From: an uncultured Pseudobdellovibrionaceae bacterium
GTDB lineage: Bacteria > Bdellovibrionota_B > Oligoflexia > Oligoflexales > Bog-1112
Assembly: GCA_964611335.1 (NCBI GenBank)
Contig: CAZSXR010000001.1
Location: forward strand, 744,020 to 808,019
Direction: 5' to 3'
DNA: 64,000 nucleotides
Below, piece by piece: positions 48,184 through 56,126 of this stretch (position 1 is its first letter; each line of letters begins with the position of its first letter). The position numbers and the translations under genes were made by a program. The notes under the pieces are model-generated. The model did no database searches. It was given only the letters and a program-made list of their open reading frames with translations, and had not been told where the DNA came from.

Positions 48184-50595
48184 GTGTGTTTACGAAACAA
48201 CATAGTGCGATCTGTTTTAGCATCAGGCTTATTGATGTTCGTTGTTTTATTTTTACACTTAAGTTTAGAGTCCTGTTCTCGAGATGAGAAATCAAAAAGA
48301 GAAAGTGTACAAGTTCCTTTTTCAATCAGTAAAACAAACGCTCTTGCTTTGGAAGATTCAGAATCTTTGGATCTTGTTTCTAATGGAACAAACATTCAAA
48401 TTTCTGTGAGTGGATGTTCCAGTGGTTTTACGTATTCTACGGCAGGTATCAATTCGGGTGCTGTTAATCTTTATAAAGGCGATCAGAATTGTCTTGTAAA
48501 ATTGCAAAGTTTTGTTTTTGGAACCACAACCTATTCTGCAACAGCTACAGGTGCTACGAATTTTACAACGTGGACTCCAGGTAGTATGGCAACATTTGCA
48601 AATGTATCCTCATCCACAGATCTTATAAACGTTTTTATCAACACTCAGGTGACGTCGACCGGTGTCTTGGTAACAGATACCGTTTCTTATAACTTCACAG
48701 ACGTCACTGCGACAACAACACAGAACTTAAATCAAGCAAGTGTTTCCACTCCTGTTCCTCTTTCCGTGTCAGGAGCTGCAACACCATCTTTTACAATGAC
48801 TCAGGCAGTCACTCTGTTATTGAATGCAAACGGTTCTGCAAATATGACGTTCACTTTGCAATGTTCATCCGCTCTTACAGGATCTACTCTTCCCACTTAT
48901 GCGTGTGGTGGGGCAGTGTTGCAAACTCAGTTAGATTACATTCTTATAGCCGATGCCTATTCGCAAGGAGCTATTACGGAAGGACAGGCAAATGCGGCGT
49001 TTATTGCAAACACTCCGACGGCCATTGGATCTTTGATCATACCGACTGGTGGTGTGGATCTTTACAATAACACTTTAGCAAACGGTGGTTTTTATACGAG
49101 CACCAGCAGCCCTCTTGTGACAGGATCGGTATCTATATATCCAAGCAATCGCAACTATGTGTTTATGATTCGACGCAAAGATGTGAGTGGAAATGTTACG
49201 GGTTATCTTTATTTCTATGTAAATTTTCCAACGACACTTTCTGCGGAAGTTAGTGGATGCGGAACCACGTTTGCGGGAGGTGCAGGTACACTAACGAATC
49301 CCTATCAGATTGCAAATGCTTACTATCTTGCTAATACTGTGAACTGTACGTCCTCGACGACTTATTTTATACAAACAAATAATTTTGATCTTGGTGGTGC
49401 TGCAACGCCTTGGACACCTATACAACTTTATGGGCAATACAATGGGAATGGAAAAACGATTTCGAATCTCTATGTTTCCGGTGGAACAGCCACCAACGTG
49501 GGACTCTTTTCTATTATAAATTCAGGTGCAAGTATTTCAAGTTTAACTCTATCCTCTGTTAATATATCAGGTGGACAATATATAGGAGCTCTTGCGGCTC
49601 AGATGAGTGGAGGAACAGTTACAAGTGTGTCTGCGAGTGGAACTCTCGCTGCGAATTCCATTTCTACAGGTACGGGAATTGTGGCTGGAGGCCTTATAGG
49701 ATCAATGACTACTGGAACTGTGAGTTCCTCGTCTTCCTCCGTGAGTATCACTTACAATCCATCTACTACTAACACAGGTTCTATGTATTTTGGTGGTTTG
49801 ATTGCATCGATAGTTACAAGCACTTCGAACGCAACACTTACAAATTGCTTTGCCACGGGTTCCATTACAGCTTCTGGTGCTACAAGCACGAATGCGGGTA
49901 CAAGTTATTTTGGTGGGATGATTGCTTATGCATCTACCACAGGTTCTTCCGTAATCAGTGTGAGTCAATCCTATGCTACGGGTGCCCTAACTCTTAATTA
50001 TGCACCTACAACTTCAATGGCAACCTATATGGGTGGCTTTATTGGAGTAGCAACATCTGTGTGGCCTTCTAATGTGACGCTTTCGAAGAATTTTGCAACA
50101 GGTGCTTTGTCTTTTGTACATACAGCAAATACTGGCATTACTATGGGTGGTTTTGCAGGTGCGTTTAATAATGAGACTGCTAACAATAATTACAGTATGG
50201 GTTCTATCACTCTTACAGGGTCTGGTAGTGGAGGTGCTATAGGTGGATTTGTAGGTGCTTCTGCGAGTGGAAGTGCGGTTAGTACGTCGTATTCTGCTGC
50301 GGCTTCCATAAATATTTCAGGACTCTCTGTAAATCAGGGGGCATTTCAGGATAATTCAGATCCATTAACTGCATCGAATGACTACTACTATGCGAGTGGA
50401 AGTGTAGGCACCAACTCTTATTCGGGTGTTACGGGTCTGAGTTCTGCACAGATGATAGTTCAGTCTAACTTCACAGGTTTTGATTTCTCAACACCGATTT
50501 GGAGAATGCCTAGTGCAAATCCTTTATCACCAGGTGGCTTACTAAGTCCTGTGTTTAACTGGCAGTGCGGTAGCAACGGAATTACATGTATTTAA
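48184..50595 (+). CDS. GLUG-repeat lipoprotein, family member 4 (803 aa)
   Basis: GTG start 12 nt after the previous TAA, with GGGAG SD and lipobox LSLESCS. All family landmarks are present, including YSATATGATNFTTW. Ends WQCGSNGITCI. Confidence 0.85.
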   Translation: MCLRNNIVRSVLASGLLMFVVLFLHLSLESCSRDEKSKRESVQVPFSISKTNALALEDSESLDLVSNGTNIQISVSGCSSGFTYSTAGINSGAVNLYKGDQNCLVKLQSFVFGTTTYSATATGATNFTTWTPGSMATFANVSSSTDLINVFINTQVTSTGVLVTDTVSYNFTDVTATTTQNLNQASVSTPVPLSVSGAATPSFTMTQAVTLLLNANGSANMTFTLQCSSALTGSTLPTYACGGAVLQTQLDYILIADAYSQGAITEGQANAAFIANTPTAIGSLIIPTGGVDLYNNTLANGGFYTSTSSPLVTGSVSIYPSNRNYVFMIRRKDVSGNVTGYLYFYVNFPTTLSAEVSGCGTTFAGGAGTLTNPYQIANAYYLANTVNCTSSTTYFIQTNNFDLGGAATPWTPIQLYGQYNGNGKTISNLYVSGGTATNVGLFSIINSGASISSLTLSSVNISGGQYIGALAAQMSGGTVTSVSASGTLAANSISTGTGIVAGGLIGSMTTGTVSSSSSSVSITYNPSTTNTGSMYFGGLIASIVTSTSNATLTNCFATGSITASGATSTNAGTSYFGGMIAYASTTGSSVISVSQSYATGALTLNYAPTTSMATYMGGFIGVATSVWPSNVTLSKNFATGALSFVHTANTGITMGGFAGAFNNETANNNYSMGSITLTGSGSGGAIGGFVGASASGSAVSTSYSAAASINISGLSVNQGAFQDNSDPLTASNDYYYASGSVGTNSYSGVTGLSSAQMIVQSNFTGFDFSTPIWRMPSANPLSPGGLLSPVFNWQCGSNGITCI

Positions 50596-50607
50596 CGGAG
50601 ATATAGT

Positions 50608-53517
50608 GTGAACTTAAGAACAAACATGGTCAACTTCAAACGCTTCATAGGCGCAAGTGTTGTTGTCGTTTCATTGTTTGTTCTTTTTCAAATTCTAGAA
50701 GCTTGTGGAAGACCAAACAGTGGTGGAAGTGCGTCAAGAGTTGCTATTCCCATTAGTGTTACAAAAAATTCAGGTACGGCTCTTAGTGAAGGATTGGAAC
50801 TTGTAAGCACAGGAACAACCGTCACAGTTTCTGTAGGTGGCTGTACCAGTGGTTTGACAGAAGCAACTACAGCTATTCCCGGTGGTACAGTAGCATTGTT
50901 TCTTCACGACACAAACTGTGCTGTTAAGTTGCAAACGTTCGTCTTCGGAACAACAACTTATTCTGCAACCGCAACCGGTGCTACAAACTTTACAACATGG
51001 ACGGCGGGAAGTGTTGCAACTTTTGCAAACACAGTTTTGTCTACAGACCGCATTAAAGTTTTCGTCAACACACAGGTTACGCAAGCTGGTGTAGTAAGCA
51101 CAGATACTGTGTCTTATAATTTCACAGATATTGCTTCAACAACGACGCAGAACTTGTCTGCAGTCCAAGTACAAACAGGCGTTCCCCTTGCTGTTACAAG
51201 TAGTAATTTAACTCCTTACTTTACAATGACAGCAGCTCGTGTTGTATCGTTTAACTCCAATGCCTCTGCAAACATGTCTTTCACCTTGCAATGCCAAAGC
51301 ACCGTCACAGGAAACACCGCAGCGAACTATGCTTGCAATGGAGCTAATCTTCAAACACAGTTTGATTATATCCTTGTAAAAGATAACTATTCACAAGGAG
51401 CGATTACCGTTCAACAGGCTATTGCAGCTTTTGCTGCGAATACACCTACCTCCGTAAGTACGCTTGTAGTGGGTCCAAATGGAAGTGATTTGAACTCAAA
51501 TGTTTTGCAATACGGTGGTTTTTATACGAGCAATGCAAGCCCTCTCGCAACGGGAACTACAGCTGTGTATCCAAGCAGTTTGAGTTATGTCTTTATGCTA
51601 AGACAAAAAACTACAGGAGGAAATGCAACAGGCTTCTTGTATTTCTATATAGAGTTTGCGCCATCTGTTCCTTCGGATGTCAGTGGTTGTGGAACTTTCT
51701 TTGCAGGTGGTTCGGGGATAGCGTCGGATCCATATATTGTTGTGAATGCAATTACTTTGTCGAATACGCAGTTTTGTAACACCTCTAGTACTTATTTTAT
51801 TCAACAAACAAACATAGATTTGGGTGGCGCTGCTACACCGTGGACGCCTATACCTCTTTATGGGCAGTATAATGGAAATGGAAAGACGATAAGCAATTTA
51901 TATATAAATGGTGGTTTGTCGAGCAATATAGGTTTGTTTGGTACCATAAATACAGGAGCCAGCGTTTCAAACCTTACCCTCACAGCAGCTGATGTGACAG
52001 GTGGTCAGACGGTTGGTGTACTAGCAGCTAATATGACAAGTGGAACTATAAGTAATGTTTCTATTGGTGGAACTTTAAACGTTATCAGTATTTCAGCAGG
52101 TGGAGTTGTTAATGCAGGTGGTCTTGTTGGTAATATGACAGGAGGGACTATTAGCAGTAGTGTTTCTTCTGTCACACTTTCTCTCACATCCTCTACGAAC
52201 AATGGAGCGACCGTCAATCTGGGAGGAATTATAGGTAATGCTTCTGCATCTGTAGCCGCTATTAGCTTGTCAAATGTTCAGGCTACAGGTTCTATCACAT
52301 CAAGTGCTGGTCAGGATACCAGTGGAACTTCATTTGCTTCGGGAGGAATTGTTGGAAGTTCTGCTGCTGGCGCCTTTTCGGTAACTATTACAAATTGTCT
52401 TTCTAAGGCGAATCAAACACATGGGTTCTATTTTTCAGGAGCTCAGACCCTTTATATTGGTGGGGTAGCTGGAATTTTTACAGGTGGGACAGTGTCTTCT
52501 TGTCTCGTGAGTGCGGCAATGACTCTTACAGGTCAGCCTGGGAATATGAACGTCTTTTTTGGAATGCTTTTAGGACATGGTGGCAATAATACAACGTCCG
52601 TTCAGAATTCAGTTGCTATGGGTTCTGCCAGTGTTTCGGGTTCTGCAGGTTCTGTCTCAGGAACTCTTGGAGGTTTGATTGGTTGTGGTGGTGCTAACCC
52701 TGGCATGAGCATGACAAATTCCTATGCAGCTAATACATCTTTAAGTGGAAGTACGCTTTCTATAGGACAAGTGCTAGGGGCTTGTTACATTAACGTAAGT
52801 AATGTGTATGTGTATAACAATGGAAGTGTGGGAAACAGTGGTGGAGGTATTTTTACAACGGGTTCTGTAACTGCCTACACCACGACAACACAAATGCAAA
52901 CGCAATCTAATTTCGCGTTCGATTTTTCTACACCTGTTTGGCGAATGCCTAATGCGGACCCATTATCGACTATATCTTTGCTTAGCCCAGTCCCTGCATG
53001 GGTTTGTGGAACCAACAGTGTGACTTGTGCCTTTAATACTGTGACGATCGCCAATGGATCATTCGAAACAGGAACCTTCAATGCAGGAAGTGGTGTTGCT
53101 AACCTCAATGCCGGTAACGGTACTCTTACAAGTTGGACTATTGGAGGGGGTGGAATCAAAGTTTTCAATACAATTGATCTTACATCAGCAGCCTCTATTT
53201 ACAGTGTAGATTTGAATGGAAGTGCAGGAACATCTGGATCCGTAAGTCAAAACATAACGACTGTTAACGGAACGACTTATACTTTCTACTTCGACCTTGC
53301 AGGAAACCCATCATGTGGAGCTAGTACTATGACGTTAACTGTTGCTGCAGGTGCTACTTCTCAGTCGTATTCATTTAATACATCAGGATTCAGCTCTACA
53401 ATTATGGGTTGGACGACGAAAACTTTTACATTTAAAGCGACAGCTGCTTCGACAGCTCTGTCGTTTACAAGTACAGTATCGGGAACGTGTGGTCCTATGA
53501 TTGACAATATTCACTAG
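50608..53517 (+). CDS. GLUG-repeat lipoprotein, family member 5 (969 aa) with C-terminal DUF642-like domain
   Basis: GTG start and lipobox ILEACG. Family landmarks are present. After AWVCGTNSVTC comes ANGSFETGTF..WTIGGGGIKV..VDLNG..YTFYFDLAGNPSCG..GPMIDNIH. Confidence 0.85.
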   Translation: MNLRTNMVNFKRFIGASVVVVSLFVLFQILEACGRPNSGGSASRVAIPISVTKNSGTALSEGLELVSTGTTVTVSVGGCTSGLTEATTAIPGGTVALFLHDTNCAVKLQTFVFGTTTYSATATGATNFTTWTAGSVATFANTVLSTDRIKVFVNTQVTQAGVVSTDTVSYNFTDIASTTTQNLSAVQVQTGVPLAVTSSNLTPYFTMTAARVVSFNSNASANMSFTLQCQSTVTGNTAANYACNGANLQTQFDYILVKDNYSQGAITVQQAIAAFAANTPTSVSTLVVGPNGSDLNSNVLQYGGFYTSNASPLATGTTAVYPSSLSYVFMLRQKTTGGNATGFLYFYIEFAPSVPSDVSGCGTFFAGGSGIASDPYIVVNAITLSNTQFCNTSSTYFIQQTNIDLGGAATPWTPIPLYGQYNGNGKTISNLYINGGLSSNIGLFGTINTGASVSNLTLTAADVTGGQTVGVLAANMTSGTISNVSIGGTLNVISISAGGVVNAGGLVGNMTGGTISSSVSSVTLSLTSSTNNGATVNLGGIIGNASASVAAISLSNVQATGSITSSAGQDTSGTSFASGGIVGSSAAGAFSVTITNCLSKANQTHGFYFSGAQTLYIGGVAGIFTGGTVSSCLVSAAMTLTGQPGNMNVFFGMLLGHGGNNTTSVQNSVAMGSASVSGSAGSVSGTLGGLIGCGGANPGMSMTNSYAANTSLSGSTLSIGQVLGACYINVSNVYVYNNGSVGNSGGGIFTTGSVTAYTTTTQMQTQSNFAFDFSTPVWRMPNADPLSTISLLSPVPAWVCGTNSVTCAFNTVTIANGSFETGTFNAGSGVANLNAGNGTLTSWTIGGGGIKVFNTIDLTSAASIYSVDLNGSAGTSGSVSQNITTVNGTTYTFYFDLAGNPSCGASTMTLTVAAGATSQSYSFNTSGFSSTIMGWTTKTFTFKATAASTALSFTSTVSGTCGPMIDNIH

Positions 53518-53526
53518 GAGTTTGCT

Positions 53527-55905
53527 GTGTTGAATATAAGAAAGAACATGAGAAAACTAACGCGAAGCCAATTTGTATTCGTAATGGGAAGCGTAGGTAT
53601 GTTCTTTTTTATGAGTTTTGTACAATGTTCCCGAGATGACAGAGGTTCTCAAACAAAACTCAGTATACCTGTAAATCTCAACTATCTTGCGCCAACAACA
53701 TATAGACTAGATGAATCCAATCAGCAAGGTTTGGAACTCGTAGCAACTGCTACTAATTTGAGTGCTTCGTTAACTGGATGCTCAAGCAGCTTATCTTTCG
53801 GTACAACTCTATTGCGCGCGTCCTATATACAAGTCTTTCTTGGTGATACCAACTGTCTTTTGAAACTTCAAAGTTACGTAATCGGAAGCACAACCTATTC
53901 AGCAACAGCAACAGGTGCAACGAACTTCACAACGTGGACGGTGGGAAGTGTAGCAACCTTTGCAAACACAACATTGTCCACAGATACGATGAAAGTCTTT
54001 GTTGGTGCCCAGCTTACACAAACTGGAATTCTTTCTACCGATACAGTTGTCTATAACTTTACGGAGAGTACTGCAGCGCCAACTCAGAACTTATCAACGG
54101 CTACTGTATCTTTTCCTGTTCCTCTTTCTGTCTCAGGGCAAACGCCAAATTTTACATTTACTCAGGTACGTGAACTTTCTGTGAATGCAAATGGATCTTT
54201 CAACGTGTCTTTCACCTTACAATGCGCTGTCCCCGAAACAGGAGCAACAGGTCCCACTTATGCGTGTAGCGGAGCTATTTTGCAATCTCAGTTGGATTAC
54301 ATTTTTATTGCAGATGCGTATTCTCAAGGAACTATTACAAGCGCACAAGCGGCAACAGCTTTCACAGCTAATACTCCGACGGCAGTGGGAACACTCACAG
54401 TTGCGCCTGGTGGAACAGATTTGAATGGAAATACTCTCCCCAACGGTGGCTTTTATACAAGCAACTCAACACCTTTAGTTACAGGAACCACTGCTGTGTA
54501 TCCTAGTAACTACAATTATGTGTTTATGCTTCGTCAAAAAGATGCGTTTGGAAACGTACTCGGTTACATGTATGCGTATGTGGATTTTCCTCCCACTCCA
54601 GGAATTGCAGGTTCCTGTGGGGCTTATTTTGCTTCAGGTTCGGGAACTGTGGGAAGTCCTTATGTTGTGAACAGTGCTCAAACTCTGATGTACACAACTT
54701 TGTGTCAGTCCTCTTCGATTTACTTTATTCAGACTGCAACATTTGATTTGGGTGGATCTTCTACACCTTGGGTTCCTATTCCACTTTATGGGCAATACAA
54801 TGGTAACGGGTTTTCGATCACGGGACTCTATGTTAATAACGCAACTGCGAGTGCAAACGATGGGTTGTTTACAACCATCAATACCGGAGCTAGTGTTTCG
54901 AACTTAACTATTAGTTCGGCAAGTGTAACTTCAGCAGGAACAAACATAGGAATCTTAGCGGGTTCTTCAAGTGGTTCTATTACAGGTGTAACTGTGAGTG
55001 GAACTGTAGCAACTCAAGGTACTATTGCAACGACTGTGATTATAGGTAGTTTGGTAGGAAACTTAGCGTCAGGAGGAACGATCACAACATCTACCTCTAC
55101 AGCTAACGTGACATGGGGTGCAACAACATTGACAGGTACTACTGTACGGATGGGAGGACTTGTTGGAAACACTTCAGGAACTTCGATAACTTTATGCTCT
55201 TATGTGGGGACTATAACGGCAACGCAACGTGTTGGTACTTTTGTACTGAATGCTGTTGGTGGTTTGGTGGGATCTGTAACCGCAGGAAGTGTGTCTCAGA
55301 ACTATGCGATAGCAACGATGTCGGTAGACCCCAATACATCTTTAGGTCCCCAAGATATAGGAGGCCTGGTGGGTCAGACGGCAGCAAGCATTACACTTTC
55401 ACAAAACTATGCATCTGGATCTATGACGGTGACAAGAGTTGCAAGCTCAGCTGTATACAGTATTGGTGGTATGGTGGGACTAGCGGGTGCCACGAGCACG
55501 ATTATAAATTCCTACACGATGGTAACGATGAGTGTTACAACAGCAAGAACGTCAGACTTCTACGGAGGTTTTGTAGGGAAGGCTGTTGCTATAACCGATT
55601 GTTATTCTGCAAACCCAACGATGTCAACAACACAGGGTAACGCATTCGGTAAATCTACAGGCATCACAGGAACTATTACAACATCGTACTATGATTCCAT
55701 TGCAGGTTTGCCTACGCAGGGAGCCATCACAGGTTTGAGTGCTATCACTCCTGCAAATATTGCAACGCAAGGAAGTTTTACAGGATTCGATTTCGCAACG
55801 CCAATATGGAGAATGCCAAGTGCAAACCCACTTGCATCTCCGAATACAACTTTGAGTCCCGTCTTAAACTGGCAGTGTGGTTCGAATGGAATTACATGTA
55901 TTTAA
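53527..55905 (+). CDS. GLUG-repeat lipoprotein, family member 6 (792 aa)
   Basis: GTG start 9 nt after the previous TAG (AGGAG SD) and lipobox SFVQCS. Family landmarks are present. The 3' 0.94 kb belongs to the near-identical block family. Confidence 0.85.
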   Translation: MLNIRKNMRKLTRSQFVFVMGSVGMFFFMSFVQCSRDDRGSQTKLSIPVNLNYLAPTTYRLDESNQQGLELVATATNLSASLTGCSSSLSFGTTLLRASYIQVFLGDTNCLLKLQSYVIGSTTYSATATGATNFTTWTVGSVATFANTTLSTDTMKVFVGAQLTQTGILSTDTVVYNFTESTAAPTQNLSTATVSFPVPLSVSGQTPNFTFTQVRELSVNANGSFNVSFTLQCAVPETGATGPTYACSGAILQSQLDYIFIADAYSQGTITSAQAATAFTANTPTAVGTLTVAPGGTDLNGNTLPNGGFYTSNSTPLVTGTTAVYPSNYNYVFMLRQKDAFGNVLGYMYAYVDFPPTPGIAGSCGAYFASGSGTVGSPYVVNSAQTLMYTTLCQSSSIYFIQTATFDLGGSSTPWVPIPLYGQYNGNGFSITGLYVNNATASANDGLFTTINTGASVSNLTISSASVTSAGTNIGILAGSSSGSITGVTVSGTVATQGTIATTVIIGSLVGNLASGGTITTSTSTANVTWGATTLTGTTVRMGGLVGNTSGTSITLCSYVGTITATQRVGTFVLNAVGGLVGSVTAGSVSQNYAIATMSVDPNTSLGPQDIGGLVGQTAASITLSQNYASGSMTVTRVASSAVYSIGGMVGLAGATSTIINSYTMVTMSVTTARTSDFYGGFVGKAVAITDCYSANPTMSTTQGNAFGKSTGITGTITTSYYDSIAGLPTQGAITGLSAITPANIATQGSFTGFDFATPIWRMPSANPLASPNTTLSPVLNWQCGSNGITCI
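54970..55905 (+). repeat. copy A of ~0.94-kb direct repeat (3' block of family member 6)
   Basis: Aligns codon for codon with 57561-58496. I estimate roughly nine in ten bases identical over the stretches compared by eye. Confidence 0.8.
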
Positions 55906-56126
55906 GTGGAGCTAATTTCCTTGTTTGCCATAACTTTAGCGTAGATAGAGGATGAAGTCGGAGCGACAGAAGACGGATGTTAGCGACTCATAAGTTCTAG
56001 AAGCAGCGCATAACCGCATGAAAATACTGCAAAAAGATCATTTCTTAGAAATTCCCTCATTTTTTAACCCTTACATTACGATAAGTGTTTAGGATTCTTG
56101 TTTCTTTAAGAATCGGGGGCACGAGT

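Noticed and set aside
55113-55640. 175-aa Cys/Arg/Trp-rich alternative-frame ORFs recurring in each repeat copy (55113..55640, 57704..58231, 60092..60313)
   Set aside because: They sit in the +1 frame of the GLUG 3' block and recur only because the DNA is repeated. The third copy is cut to 73 aa by a stop created by a few substitutions that are silent or conservative in the GLUG frame, so selection acts on the GLUG frame, not this one.
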